The notes under the pieces were generated by a model, which made no database searches, had not been told where the DNA came from, and saw only the letters and a list, made by a program, of their open reading frames with translations. DNA of 38,255 bases from Chthonomonadaceae bacterium (lineage in GTDB: Bacteria; Armatimonadota; Chthonomonadetes; Chthonomonadales; Chthonomonadaceae), in assembly GCA_035650735.1 (NCBI GenBank), contig DASRGZ010000152.1, positions 1 through 38,255 of the forward strand. The letters run 5' to 3'. Position numbers and translations under genes: made by a program. This document shows positions 26,790 through 37,808 of this stretch, one piece after another; positions within the stretch are counted from its first letter, which is position 1; every line of letters begins with the position of its first letter.

Positions 26790-29345
26790 TTAGGCGGCCT
26801 GACGCAGGTTGGGCAGGCTCTCGTCGGCGCTATGCACCCGGTTCCGGGCTGCCATGACGCCCAGCTTCCGGTCGGTTTTGTCGCTGTACATTTTGCTGTC
26901 CGCCGCCGAGAGCAGCGTGGCGCAATCCTGCCCCTCCTCCGGGAAGCAGGCGAATCCGATGCTGACGCCAAGCCGCAGAGCGCCCAGCTTGGCATGATGC
27001 AGGCCCGGATCGTAGCTTTCGACCGCCTGCTTGAGACGCCCTGCCATGCGCTCGGCCTCAACCGATCCGACGCTGTTGAGCACGATCAGGAACTCATCGC
27101 CTCCATAGCGGGCCACGATGTCCCCCTCGCGGACGGTCGCCAGAAAGATGCGGCTCAGGTCTCGCAGCACCTGATCACCCTTCTGGTGGCCAAAGTTATC
27201 GTTAATGGGCTTGAAGCTATCCAGGTCCAGGCAGAGCAGGGCAAAGGCATCCTCGGCTCGCTGCGGCTCAACGGAGAACGTGATGGCGTCCTCTTCCGCT
27301 GCGGCTTCGCGGGCCGACTCGCCTCCCCGAGCTTCTCGCTCCTTGAGGGCTTTGCTGCACCGCTCCTCCACGTACTCGGTCAGATAGCGCACATTGTACA
27401 GGCCCGTGAGCGGGTCCGTGAAGGCATGGCTGCGCGTGCGGTCGTAGAGCAGGCCGTTGTAGAGCGCCATGGCCGCGCGCTCGGCGATCATCTCCAGCAG
27501 CTGCTGGTCGTGCGGGCCGAACGCCTCCGGCTGCGGGTGGTACAGGTTGATGGTTCCCAGCACCTCGCCCTGATGGACTATCGGCACGATCAGCGCCGTC
27601 CGCAGCGGAGTCCAGGTCGCGATCTGGGAGCTGGTCAGGAGCAGGTCGTCGGCATCGTACTCGCCCAGGTAGGTCTGGCGGCTGCGCGCGACGGCCAGGG
27701 ATCGGCTCTCATTATTGAGGGTGCGCGACCCGGCAAAAAACTCTTGATTGATCCCCACGACGGCCTGCGCGATCAGCGTATCGCTCACCTCGTCTTTTAG
27801 CAGAAAGAGGCAGGCCGTGCCGGGCAGAATCGCTTCCAGCTTGCGCGCCAGAATATCGAGCGTCTCCTGCAGGCCCAGGCTCGATGAGAGCGTCTGTGCT
27901 ACCTCATAGAGCGCCCAGAGCTCCGAGGAGGCGCGCTGAATATCGCGCGCCGCCTGATCGGCCTTGCTGGCGGGCGCTTTGCTCGAGGCGACCGCGGCCA
28001 GCGGCCCGGTACCCTCCTGCGCCATCTCGGCGACCACGTCATCAATGACTTCCAGGAACGCTTCGACCACCTTCGGGTCGAAGTGCGAGCCGGAATCCTT
28101 CTTGATGGTCTCGATGGTGCGCTCGTGGCTCCAGGCGTTGCGGTAGGATCGGGAGGAGGTCAGCGCGTCGTAGACATCCGCGACGGCCAGAATGCGCGCG
28201 ATCAGCGGTATCTCCTCGCCTTTGAGCCCTTCCGGGTAGCCCGTGCCGTTCCATTTCTCGTGATGATACTTAACCACGGGCAGCACCGGCCAGGGGAAAT
28301 GGACGGGGTCGAGAATAGCGGCGCCAATCTCCGGATGCTTTTTAATCTTGGCGAACTCTTCGTCGGTCAGGCGCCCCGGCTTGAGCAAAACGTACTCGGG
28401 AACGCCGAGCTTGCCGATGTCGTGCAGCAGCGCGCCGGTATTGAGTCCCTCCAGCTCATCCCCCGAAAGGCCCATATGCCTGGCGGTCGCCATGGCGTAA
28501 CGCTGGACACGCAGGATATGTTGGTGGGTATACTGATCTTTGGCATCAATGGCCAGCGCCAGGCTCTTGATCGTGGCCAGGTAGAGCTCGGCCAACTGCT
28601 GCTGGCTGCTGTTGAGCTCCTCAATATGCTTTTGCTTCTCTTCGGCCCGGGCCGTATAGACCGCGTAGGATTGATAGGTCAGGTAGGCCACTGGGGCAAT
28701 GAAGAGAAGGATGATCCCGGCGTTGCGATTGAGGAGCATCATCGCCAGCGTGCTGATGGAAGCGCCGGCGAAGTAGCTGGGGGCAGTCCAGAGGAAGGTC
28801 TCTTTCCAGACCCCCCAGGCTCTCTTGCCGGTGCAGCAGCTAATGATGATGGCGACCCCACCGGTGTTGATGGCGTAGTAGACCAGAACGGAGCCGATGA
28901 CGGCGCGGAAGGTCTCCACCGGGGCCATAGCCAGCATATCGCCCTTGAGGGCAAACAGCACGACGCCGGCCGCCCAGGCGTCACAGGCGGCCAGGGCCAC
29001 GTTGAACGCGAGTTGATGCCAGGGCTTGCGCTGGGGATACAGGCAGCTTGCCAGGCAGCCAGTGGCGCCAAGCAGCACGCCCGCCGCCGGCCCAAAGTGC
29101 AGGATGCCGGCAAACGTGATCGTGAAGCCCAGCGACATTGATCCGGCGTCTTCGTCTTTGAGGGTCGGAACCAGGCGTACCCGCTTGCTGCCCGCCAGGC
29201 AGGTTAATATCAGAAAAAGAATAACCTCCCAGCGCTGTGACTGGAGATCGGGGCCGGGCATGAGGATCGCCCCCAGGGTAGCCCCGGTGCCGAGCAAACA
29301 AACGGCTATGAGAAAAAGCTGTGCGCTGCGTGGCAGATTCCGCAT
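26790..29345 (-). CDS. Multi-TM protein with HD-GYP, GAF and GGDEF domains
   Basis: LLHDIGK, HHEKWNGTGYP, REGD...RYGGDEF; GGAGG RBS. Confidence 0.92.
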   Translation of the reverse strand: MRNLPRSAQLFLIAVCLLGTGATLGAILMPGPDLQSQRWEVILFLILTCLAGSKRVRLVPTLKDEDAGSMSLGFTITFAGILHFGPAAGVLLGATGCLASCLYPQRKPWHQLAFNVALAACDAWAAGVVLFALKGDMLAMAPVETFRAVIGSVLVYYAINTGGVAIIISCCTGKRAWGVWKETFLWTAPSYFAGASISTLAMMLLNRNAGIILLFIAPVAYLTYQSYAVYTARAEEKQKHIEELNSSQQQLAELYLATIKSLALAIDAKDQYTHQHILRVQRYAMATARHMGLSGDELEGLNTGALLHDIGKLGVPEYVLLKPGRLTDEEFAKIKKHPEIGAAILDPVHFPWPVLPVVKYHHEKWNGTGYPEGLKGEEIPLIARILAVADVYDALTSSRSYRNAWSHERTIETIKKDSGSHFDPKVVEAFLEVIDDVVAEMAQEGTGPLAAVASSKAPASKADQAARDIQRASSELWALYEVAQTLSSSLGLQETLDILARKLEAILPGTACLFLLKDEVSDTLIAQAVVGINQEFFAGSRTLNNESRSLAVARSRQTYLGEYDADDLLLTSSQIATWTPLRTALIVPIVHQGEVLGTINLYHPQPEAFGPHDQQLLEMIAERAAMALYNGLLYDRTRSHAFTDPLTGLYNVRYLTEYVEERCSKALKEREARGGESAREAAAEEDAITFSVEPQRAEDAFALLCLDLDSFKPINDNFGHQKGDQVLRDLSRIFLATVREGDIVARYGGDEFLIVLNSVGSVEAERMAGRLKQAVESYDPGLHHAKLGALRLGVSIGFACFPEEGQDCATLLSAADSKMYSDKTDRKLGVMAARNRVHSADESLPNLRQAA

Positions 29346-29640
29346 TCTGCTGCCTCCATACGGCGTGCCCTATCGGAAAACATCCGACGGGTTATTCCAT
29401 ATGGAGGCCCGGATTCATAAGTAAAACCTCCGTGTTTTCTCTGGCCTAACGCGCGGGATTAAAGGAGCCAGGCCGGCGCTGCCGCAGGGCGAGGGAGCCG
29501 TCTGGCCTCGCGCAGGAAACCAAAGAGATGGCACGGCCTCCATGCCGGAGACGATTCGGATTCGCGCAGGGAATCAAAGGACACGGGCAGCCGCAAAGAT
29601 TTAGGTGTCGTCGCGGACACGGGCATAATGGAGGATGGAG

Positions 29641-32529
29641 ATGCATAACCTTTTTAATACCCTTCAGCATTTTACGTTTGGCGGCGGGCGCACAGGCCAG
29701 TACTACTCCCTGCCGCAGCTTGAGAAGGAGGGCGTCGGCCCTATCTCCCGGCTGCCGATCAGCATTCGCGTGCTCTTAGAGTCGGTGCTGCGCAATGTGG
29801 ACGGCACGCGCATTCAAGAGTCGGACGTGCGGGCGCTGGCCAACTGGGAGCCCAACGCCGAGCGCACCGCCGAGATCCCCTTTATGGTGGCGCGCATTCT
29901 CCTGCAAGACTTCACGGGCGTTCCGCTGCTGGTGGACCTGGCGGCGATGCGCTCAACGGCAGCCCGCATGGGCAAGGAGCCGGGGATCATCGAGCCGCTG
30001 GTGCCGGTGGATCTCGTCATTGACCACTCCGTGCAGGTAGACTACGCCGAGGTGCCCGATGCGCTGCAGCGCAACATGGAGATCGAGTTCAAGCGCAACC
30101 GGGCGCGCTACCAGTTCCTCAAATGGGGCATGCAGGCGTTCAACGGCTTCCGCGTCGTGCCGCCCGGCATCGGCATTGTCCATCAGGTCAACCTGGAGTA
30201 TCTGGCGCGCGGCGTGCTGGAAAAAGACGGCGTCTACTACCCAGATACGCTGGTGGGCACCGACTCGCATACGACGATGGTTAACGGCCTGGGAATCGTG
30301 GGGTGGGGCGTCGGCGGCATTGAGGCCGAGGCCGGGATGCTGGGCCAGCCCGTCTACTTCCTCACGCCCGACGTGGTCGGGGTGCATCTTTCCGGCCAGC
30401 TCCCGCCCGGCGTCACCGCTACCGACCTGGTGCTGACCATCACGGAGATGCTGCGCCGGGCCAGAGTGGTCGGCAAGTTTGTGGAGTTTCACGGCGAGGG
30501 AGCGGCGTCGCTTTCGGTGACGGACCGGGCCACTATCGGCAACATGGCTCCCGAATACGGCGCGACGATGGGTTACTTCCCGATGGATGAGCAGACCTGC
30601 CGCTACTTCGCCGCCACGGGCCGCAGCGAGGAGCAGGTAGATACCATCCGCCAGTACTACCAGGCACAGGGGATGTTCGGGATGCCGCGCCAGGGCGAGA
30701 TCGCCTATAGCCAGGTGCTCGATCTCGACCTGGGCACGGTACGGCCGAGCGTGTCCGGCCCCAAGCGCCCGCAGGATCGCATTGACCTGCCCCAGATCAA
30801 GTCCCGGTTCCGCGATCTGCTGCTCAAGCCGCTGAGCGAAAACGGCTACGCCAAAACGGAGGCCGAAATCGGGAAGCGGTACATGGTGCGCACGGGCATG
30901 AACGGCGCGAGCAAGCCGGTAGAGATGCCGCTGGCCGGTGGCGGCGAGCAGGACCCCGCAACCGCCCCGGAAGCGGTAGATAAGCACGTCAGCGAGAAGA
31001 ACACCAGCACCGATACCGAGGTCGAGATGATGCAGAACCGCCCCACGCCCGACCGCGTGGAAGAGGTGCTCGTCGGGGAGTATCCGAAGGCGCTGGTGGA
31101 TCTGGGACACGGGGACGTGGTGATCGCGGCCATCACCTCCTGTACCAATACCTCCAACCCGGCAGTGATGTTGGGCGCGGGGCTGCTGGCGAAGAAGGCG
31201 GTGGAGAAGGGCCTCACCGTGCGCCCGTCGGTCAAGACCTCGCTGGCGCCCGGATCGCGCGTGGTGACGGAGTATCTGCAAAAGACGGGCTTACAGCACT
31301 ATCTCGACGAATTGGGTTTCCAGACCGTTGGCTACGGCTGCACGACCTGCATCGGCAACTCCGGCCCGCTGGAGCCGCATCTGGAGGAGGCCATCACGAA
31401 CAACGACCTGGTGGTTGCCAGCGTGCTCTCCGGCAATCGCAACTTTGAGGCGCGCGTGCACCAGAGCGTGAAGGCCAACTTCCTGATGAGTCCGCCCTTA
31501 GTGGTCGCCTTCGCGCTGGCCGGGCGCGTGGATATTGATATGTCCTCCGAGCCGTTGGGGAAGGGGAAAGACGGGCAGGAGGTCTATCTGCGCGACATCT
31601 GGCCCAGCATGGAGGAGATCCGGGCGCTCCTGGAGACCGCAAGCGACCCCGCAACCTACCGGCGCATCTACCAGAGCCTCGAGCGGCTCAACCCGCTGTG
31701 GGACGAGGTGCCCAGCAGCACAGGCAAGGTCTATGAATGGGATCCCGAGTCGACCTACATCCAGGAGCCGCCGTATTTTGATAGGTTCGGCATGGAGCCG
31801 GGGGCCGTCAAGGACATCAGGAAAGCCCGCGCGCTGGCGATCCTGGGCGACTCGGTGACCACCGACCACATCAGCCCGGCAGGGTCCATCAAGCCGAGCT
31901 CGCCGGCGGGCCTCTATCTGCAAGCGCGAGGCGTGGCGGTGGAGGACTTCAACAGCTACGGATCGCGCCGGGGCAACGATAAGGTCATGGTGCGCGGCAC
32001 CTTCGCCAACGTGCGCATCAAGAACCTGATGGTTCCCGGCGTGGAGGGCGGCGTCACCGTGCACCAGCCGGACGGCGAGCAGATGAGCATCTACGATGCC
32101 GCCGTCAAGTACCAGGCGGAGGGCATTCCGCTGCTGGTATTTGCCGGGCAGGAGTACGGAACAGGCAGCTCCCGCGACTGGGCAGCCAAAGGCACGATGC
32201 TGCTGGGCGTGCGCGCCGTGATCGCGCAGTCTTTCGAGCGCATCCACCGCAGCAATCTGGTGGGCATGGGCGTGCTGCCCTGCCAGTTCAAGGAGGGCGA
32301 TAGCGCCCAATCGCTCCATCTGGACGGCTCGGAGACTTTCGACCTGCTGGGCCTGGAGGAAGGCATCCGGCCGCGTCAGGATGTGACGCTGGTCATTCAC
32401 CGGGTGGACGGCTCGGAGCAGGAGGTTCCGCTGACGCTGCGGATAGACACGCCCGTCGAGGTGGAATACTATCAGCACGGCGGCATTCTGCCCTACGTGC
32501 TGCGCCAGCTTATCCGCCAGGCGGAATAG
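29641..32529 (+). CDS. acnA: Aconitate hydratase AcnA
   Basis: [46 protein letters not shown]. Confidence 0.97.
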   Translation: MHNLFNTLQHFTFGGGRTGQYYSLPQLEKEGVGPISRLPISIRVLLESVLRNVDGTRIQESDVRALANWEPNAERTAEIPFMVARILLQDFTGVPLLVDLAAMRSTAARMGKEPGIIEPLVPVDLVIDHSVQVDYAEVPDALQRNMEIEFKRNRARYQFLKWGMQAFNGFRVVPPGIGIVHQVNLEYLARGVLEKDGVYYPDTLVGTDSHTTMVNGLGIVGWGVGGIEAEAGMLGQPVYFLTPDVVGVHLSGQLPPGVTATDLVLTITEMLRRARVVGKFVEFHGEGAASLSVTDRATIGNMAPEYGATMGYFPMDEQTCRYFAATGRSEEQVDTIRQYYQAQGMFGMPRQGEIAYSQVLDLDLGTVRPSVSGPKRPQDRIDLPQIKSRFRDLLLKPLSENGYAKTEAEIGKRYMVRTGMNGASKPVEMPLAGGGEQDPATAPEAVDKHVSEKNTSTDTEVEMMQNRPTPDRVEEVLVGEYPKALVDLGHGDVVIAAITSCTNTSNPAVMLGAGLLAKKAVEKGLTVRPSVKTSLAPGSRVVTEYLQKTGLQHYLDELGFQTVGYGCTTCIGNSGPLEPHLEEAITNNDLVVASVLSGNRNFEARVHQSVKANFLMSPPLVVAFALAGRVDIDMSSEPLGKGKDGQEVYLRDIWPSMEEIRALLETASDPATYRRIYQSLERLNPLWDEVPSSTGKVYEWDPESTYIQEPPYFDRFGMEPGAVKDIRKARALAILGDSVTTDHISPAGSIKPSSPAGLYLQARGVAVEDFNSYGSRRGNDKVMVRGTFANVRIKNLMVPGVEGGVTVHQPDGEQMSIYDAAVKYQAEGIPLLVFAGQEYGTGSSRDWAAKGTMLLGVRAVIAQSFERIHRSNLVGMGVLPCQFKEGDSAQSLHLDGSETFDLLGLEEGIRPRQDVTLVIHRVDGSEQEVPLTLRIDTPVEVEYYQHGGILPYVLRQLIRQAE

Positions 32530-32553
32530 GCCCCTCACCCCCAGGAACGACAT

Positions 32554-32589
32554 GGGAGGTCATGGGAAAAACCATGACCTCCCTTTTTT
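32554..32589 (+). terminator. Rho-independent terminator of acnA
   Basis: GGGAGGTCATGG-GAAAAA-CCATGACCTCCC-TTTTTT. Confidence 0.9.
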
Positions 32590-32653
32590 GTGCGTGCGCC
32601 CCAGAAACTTTGCAGCGGCCCAGCTATCTTCCTATCCACTGACTTGAAAATAG

Positions 32654-32692
32654 GCCCCCACCCCCAACCCCTCCCCAAGAACAGGGGAGGGG
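32654..32692. repeat. REP-like unit
   Basis: GCCCCCACCCCCAACCCCTCCCC-AAGAACA-GGGGAGGGG, same pattern as 10004-10043 and 22934-22970. Confidence 0.6.
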
Positions 32693-32888
32693 AAAGGCAT
32701 TTCATGCGCCCGCGTGAATGGTGATTCATGGAGGCTCTCTGCCGCGACTCGAACTTGTTCTGTAGAGGCTTTCCAGGTTGTTCGGCAGCCTGAGAGTGAG
32801 AGAAGGGGAGGACGGCTTTTCTGATTGGGCATGTTCGCACAGCACCAATTGGCGCTGCGGTCAACGTCCGGGCGAGCACGCCAACTCT

Positions 32889-33266
32889 ATGCTGGAGGCG
32901 AAAAGAGAAATACACGACGACGATCTTGAAAACTTCGAGGCAAACGGTGCAGCACCCTTACCGGCCGCAACGGAGGAAGGCTATGTGGAGAATGACGGCG
33001 CTCGCATCTGGTATGCTTCCTACGGGGCCGGCCCGCCCGTCCTCCTACTCCATGGCGGCCTCGGCCATAGCGGTAATTGGGGCTATCAGGTCCCGGCACT
33101 TGTCCATGCTGGCTATTGCGCCGTGCTTATTGACAGTCGCGGCCACGGCCGCAGCACGCGCGACGCGCGGCCGTTTACTTATGAGCTGATGGCCTCCGAC
33201 GTTCTGGCTGTGATGGATCGGTTAAGCCTGGAAAAAGTGGCCGTTGTCGGGTGGAGCGACGGGGCG
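32889..33266 (+). pseudogene. Alpha/beta hydrolase, N-terminal half only
   Basis: LLHGGLG, IDSRGHGRS, GWSDGA; similarity then stops, with no acid/His catalytic region. Confidence 0.8.
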
Positions 33267-33625
33267 TGGAGACTTCCGGGCCGCCGTTCCTGCGCTATCA
33301 TGTGATAGATATGGCCGGGGACATGGATATCGAAGTGGGCTTTCCGGTGGCGACGCCGCACGCGGGCGAGGGGCGCGTTTCCGCCGGAGTTCTGCCCGCT
33401 GGTCGCTATGCGAACCTCATCTACATCGGGTCCGGGTTGGCCGGCAATAAGGCCCTTATCGAATGGGCGAGGGCCAACAATCTTGCGTTTGATCGGTGGG
33501 ACGATGAGAAAGGCGATGCGTTTCGCAGCCGCTATGAAGCCTATCTCACCGATCCCAGGGTTGGGCCGCGAAAGACAAAATGGGAGGTTGAGGTTGCCAT
33601 CAAGTTGGCGGACAGCCAGCCATGA
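33251..33625 (+). pseudogene. GyrI-like small-molecule-binding protein lacking its N-terminus
   Basis: GPPFLRYHVID..DIEVGFPV...GVLPAGRYA...YEAYLTDP...WEVEVAIKL; no RBS at the apparent start. Confidence 0.75.
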
Positions 33626-33840
33626 CCTCCCTCGTCAGGCCGTGCGGCTCTGCCTGAGCTTTCATAAGGGTGGGGCCATGTGGCTCTTCACGCCGCTGCC
33701 AGCGAGCTAGAGCAGGGTAAATCAGGCAGAGCATTCTCTTTAGCAAGGACGCCCTGGCAGGAGATAGAGAAGGTGTGTCGGTCGCAGGCGCAGGATTCGC
33801 CTGGCGGCCTGCCCTACCCTTTTGCTCTGGAGGTTACTGT

Positions 33841-33918
33841 ATGTCGTTGCGAGTTGCAAGTGAAGTGTGGTCTGGCAGCGCAAACCGTTTGGCGCGTTTC
33901 CGAGCTATAGATACCTGA
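33841..33918 (+). CDS. Putative 25-aa leader peptide MSLRVASEVWSGSANRLARFRAIDT
   Basis: GGAGG 7 nt before ATG; followed by competing stems and then the RNHCP gene. Confidence 0.5.
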   Translation: MSLRVASEVWSGSANRLARFRAIDT

Positions 33919-34124
33919 AATCGGGCGGTCGAACACAGAATTCGGCTCACCCGGCACCTGGTCTCGGTCACGCTATCGGGCCGCAAGCCCTTCTGCCTGC
34001 GGCCCCGGTCGGCTTGCGCTTAGGGAAAGGTTTCGCAGGCGGCGCTAACGCTGCCCGTGTAGAAATACGCGCGGAACCAGACAGCCCCCTTCTTAATCTG
34101 CATCTACGACTACAGGAGACTGCA

Positions 34125-34523
34125 TTGAGACCGAAAGCGCAAACACGAACCCGCCGGCCTGCCGATGCCGATAAATGGTTCCATTGTATTCGCTGCGCGC
34201 AGCCCGTCGTGCCGGAAGCCTGCGGCACGGCGCACCGCAACCACTGCCCATGGTGCCTGTGGAGCCGGCATATAGATGATACGCCTGGCGACCGAGCCGC
34301 CGACTGTGGCGGGGCGATGGAGCCTATCGCCGTGTGGGTGCGTCCCGGCGGCGACTGGTCCCTCATTCACCGCTGCCGCAAGTGCGGAGAGATACATTCC
34401 AACCGCATCGCGGGCGATGACAACGAGCTGGCGCTGTTATCGCTGGCCGTCCGACCGATCTCGCAGCCGCCGTTTCCCCTGGAGCGACTGCAATCCGTCG
34501 GCACTCCATTAGAGACAGCTTAA
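34125..34523 (+). CDS. RNHCP domain protein
   Basis: FHCIRC...HRNHCPWCLWSRHID..PGDRAADCGGAMEP...HRCRKCG...NRIAGDDN; AGGAG then TTG. Confidence 0.9.
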   Translation: MRPKAQTRTRRPADADKWFHCIRCAQPVVPEACGTAHRNHCPWCLWSRHIDDTPGDRAADCGGAMEPIAVWVRPGGDWSLIHRCRKCGEIHSNRIAGDDNELALLSLAVRPISQPPFPLERLQSVGTPLETA

Positions 34524-34629
34524 TTGCGTTCAAAAGCCAGGGGGAATTTGTCCCGTCCCCTCTTGGCGCAGGCCGGGCGCTCTGATTGGCGTTCCAGGCC
34601 GGGCACAGAACGTACCCGGCCTGGTTTGC

Positions 34630-35445
34630 TTACAGCGGCTTTTCAAATGCCTCCTCAATCACGCGGCCTTCCCACTCCCGCGCTGGCGGCAGGCCCAGGA
34701 GCGCGGCCAGAGTAGGGCAGGTATCGTAGATGCGTACCGGCGTGTCCAGCCTAAGTCCGGCGCGTATCCCCGGCCCGGACAGAACCCAGGGGATCGTCAT
34801 GTCCTCCGGGCCGTCCGTGCCATGCGAACGGCCATGCCCGCCGTGATCGCTCTGCACCAGCACAATCGGTTCCTGCCCCGCGCGCTCGCACGCCTCCAGG
34901 ACATGCCCGATGCAGCGGTCGGCGTTGGCAATGGCCTGGAGGTAGGGGCGGCTCATCCATCCCTCCCGGTGGCCGCACTCGTCCGTATACCCCAGGTAGA
35001 CGAATAGAAAGTCAAAGCCCTGATCCGCAACATGCTCTGCCGCCGCTTGCGCCACCCGCCAGTCGCCTTCCAGAGAGTAGCAGTCCCGCCGGCAGTAGGA
35101 GACATCCAGGCTGGCCGGTTCGCACAGGTCGCGTAGCTGGCCCCAGTTATAGAAGAACCCGCAGCGCTTGTCCGCTGCGTGCGCCGCATCTATCAGGCTG
35201 GGGACCGGTCGCGCTAACGGCTGGAAGGTATTGGTGGTGATGCCGTGCCGGGGCGTATCCACCCCACGCAGCATGGAGGTATGGCAGGGCAGCGTCACCG
35301 ACGGCATGACGGCCTGCGCCGTCAGCGAGACGGCCCCGCGCGCCATCAGGCGATCCATCGTCGGCGTATCGGCCTCTAACAGCGCATCCGGGCGCATTCC
35401 ATCTATCGAGACGAGCACAACGGTGGTATCCGAGAAGGAGGGCAT
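34630..35445 (-). CDS. Alkaline phosphatase superfamily / type I phosphodiesterase
   Basis: VSIDGMRPD, PSVTLPCH, DECGH, SDHGGH. Confidence 0.88.
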   Translation of the reverse strand: MPSFSDTTVVLVSIDGMRPDALLEADTPTMDRLMARGAVSLTAQAVMPSVTLPCHTSMLRGVDTPRHGITTNTFQPLARPVPSLIDAAHAADKRCGFFYNWGQLRDLCEPASLDVSYCRRDCYSLEGDWRVAQAAAEHVADQGFDFLFVYLGYTDECGHREGWMSRPYLQAIANADRCIGHVLEACERAGQEPIVLVQSDHGGHGRSHGTDGPEDMTIPWVLSGPGIRAGLRLDTPVRIYDTCPTLAALLGLPPAREWEGRVIEEAFEKPL

Positions 35446-35499
35446 AAGGTTCTCCTGAGGTGAAATTGGCCCCATTATAGCGACCGGCCCCGCCGCGCG

Positions 35500-37455
35500 T
35501 CAACGTATTTTCTCTCGGCCCGCCAGCCGCGCGATAATCGCCTCTACGTCATAGACGCAGCCGCCCCACGTGCCGCCGCCGACCGATTGCAGCGCGGCCC
35601 AGAGGCGCGTGTCGTCGGGCAGGTTAGGGTCGGGCGCAAGGTCGGGACGCGGCGGACGGGACGCCAGCACGCGCGTTCCCTCCTCCACGCCGAAAACGGT
35701 ATCGCCGTGCCCGATCAGGTTCACGCTGCCTTCCAGCCGGTTGCGGTCAATGGTGATCTCGATGAGGTCGTCGTCCAGCACTTTGCCGATGGGACCGCCT
35801 GCCAGTGCCTCCGGCCCGATATGCCCGATACAGGCCCCGGTGGAGACGCCGGAAAAGCGCGCGTCGGTCAGCACGGCAACCTGCTTACCCCAGGGCAGAT
35901 GCTTGAGCGCGGAGGTGATCTGATAGATCTCCTCCATGCCCGCACCCATCGGCCCGCGACAGATCAGCACCAGCACGTCGCCCGCCTGTACCTTCTTCTC
36001 TCCCAGTCCCTTGATGGCGGCGACGGCGGCCCGCTCGGTCGTGAAGACCCGCGCCGGACCGACCTTGCGATAGACGCCATCGGCGTCCACCACGCTCGGA
36101 TCAATCGCTGTGCTCTTGATAACCGAACCCTCCGGCGCCAGGTTGCCGCGCGGGAAGGTGGCGGTGCTGGTCAGGCCGCATGCCCGCGCCCGGTCGGGCG
36201 AAAGGATCACGTCGTCGGGGTCCACGCCGTCCTGCTCTCGCAGGCGTTCCCGCAGGCGCGTCCGCCGCTCGGAACGCTCCCATGCTTCCAGAGTCTCCCC
36301 CAGCGGCTTGCCCGCGACCGTTAGGCAGTCGAGGTCGAGCAGGCCCAGCGCGCGCAGGTGCAGCATCACCTCCGGCACGCCGCCCGCCAGGAAGAACCGC
36401 ACCGTCGGATGGTCGGTGGGGCCGTTGGGCAGCACGTCCACGAGGCGCGGCACGGCGCGGTTGACCGCGATCCAGTCCTCCACCCTGGGGCGGGGCAGCC
36501 CGGCAGCATAGGCGATGGCCGGAATATGGAGCAGCAGATTGGTCGAGCCGCCGCACGCCGCATGCACCGCCATCGCGTTCTTAACGGCGGCTTCCGTGAG
36601 GATGTCGCGCGTTCGCAGCCCTTTCTCCTCCATCGCCACCAGGGCGCGCGCCGAGCGGCGGGCCATGTCCAGCCAGATCGCCTGGCCGGAGGGAGCCAGC
36701 GCGGAGTGGGGCAGCGACAGCCCCAGCGCCTCCCCGATGACCTGCGAGGTCGCCGCCGTCCCGAAGAACTGGCAGCCGCCGCCGGGCGTGGCGCAGGCGC
36801 GGCAGCCTAGCTCCGCCGCCTCTTTGAGCGTGATCTGTCCGTGCGCGAATCGCGCCCCGATGGTCTGTATCTTGCCCGCATCCTCACCGTTCTCGGCAGG
36901 CAGTGTCACGCCGCCCGGCACCAGCACGCAGGGCAGGTCGTGCATGGAAGCCAGCGCGATCATCATGGCGGGCAGGCCCTTGTCGCAGGTCGCCACGCCG
37001 AGGACGCCCTTGCGGGTGGGCAGGCTCCGGATCAGGCGGCGGAACACGGTGGCCGCGTCGTTGCGATAGGGCAGGCTGTCCATCATGCCGGTCGTGCCCT
37101 GGCTGCGCCCGTCGCAGGGGTCGGAGCAGTACCCGGCAAACGGAATGCAGCCGAGCGCGCTCAACTCCTCCGCCGCCGCTCGCATCAACAGGCCGACCTC
37201 CCAGTGGCCCGTGTGATAGCCGAGCGCGACGGGCGTGCCGTCCGGGTTGCGAATGCCGCCCTGGGTGCTCAGCAGCAGGAACTCGCGGCGGTTGAGCTTT
37301 CTGGGGTCCCAGCCCATGCCCGCGTTCTGCGATAGGGCAAACACGTCGCCGCTGGGCCGCTCCAGCAGCATCTCCGGGGTCAGCGGCAGTTCCCCGCCAG
37401 GCCCTCTTGCCTTCGTCTGCACGGCATACAGGTCATTGGGGTTGGGATCGCTCAT
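35500..37455 (-). CDS. YjhG/YagF-family sugar-acid (D-xylonate-type) dehydratase, IlvD/Edd family
   Basis: [47 protein letters not shown]. Confidence 0.92.
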   Translation of the reverse strand: MSDPNPNDLYAVQTKARGPGGELPLTPEMLLERPSGDVFALSQNAGMGWDPRKLNRREFLLLSTQGGIRNPDGTPVALGYHTGHWEVGLLMRAAAEELSALGCIPFAGYCSDPCDGRSQGTTGMMDSLPYRNDAATVFRRLIRSLPTRKGVLGVATCDKGLPAMMIALASMHDLPCVLVPGGVTLPAENGEDAGKIQTIGARFAHGQITLKEAAELGCRACATPGGGCQFFGTAATSQVIGEALGLSLPHSALAPSGQAIWLDMARRSARALVAMEEKGLRTRDILTEAAVKNAMAVHAACGGSTNLLLHIPAIAYAAGLPRPRVEDWIAVNRAVPRLVDVLPNGPTDHPTVRFFLAGGVPEVMLHLRALGLLDLDCLTVAGKPLGETLEAWERSERRTRLRERLREQDGVDPDDVILSPDRARACGLTSTATFPRGNLAPEGSVIKSTAIDPSVVDADGVYRKVGPARVFTTERAAVAAIKGLGEKKVQAGDVLVLICRGPMGAGMEEIYQITSALKHLPWGKQVAVLTDARFSGVSTGACIGHIGPEALAGGPIGKVLDDDLIEITIDRNRLEGSVNLIGHGDTVFGVEEGTRVLASRPPRPDLAPDPNLPDDTRLWAALQSVGGGTWGGCVYDVEAIIARLAGREKIR

Positions 37456-37627
37456 GGCAGGGTATTTCTCCTTGTAGTGGTAACATCCATTGGGCGAGGA
37501 TGGCGCTCTGGAGGCAAGGGTAGGCAGTCGCGCACAGTCTCAAGCGGCCTGTGTGTGGTTGTTCTCGCGCCTGGGTTTGGGCCGCAGCATCTCACGGATT
37601 GCGCCGCCTGATTTCAGAGCGTGCGTA

Positions 37628-37656
37628 TTGACAGTCCGGCGTATCTTGGCTAGAAT
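37628..37656 (+). promoter_or_regulatory. Sigma70-type promoter
   Basis: TTGACA-17 bp-TAGAAT. Confidence 0.7.
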
Positions 37657-37808
37657 GAACTGGATGGCACGCTTTGCAAGCAGCAGCCAAGTATATCTCA
37701 TTCTACCCGATTTTCGGTCTGTCCTGCTCTGCCCAACTTCTACCGAACGTTGAGCGGCATTGCAGATTTGAGCCTTATGTCCCAAGGCAGAGAGAGCTTT
37801 GTCAGAAA

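Noticed and set aside
30890..31060. Intein or foreign insertion in aconitase
   Set aside because: Short low-complexity linker without intein terminal residues; likely an ordinary variable loop.
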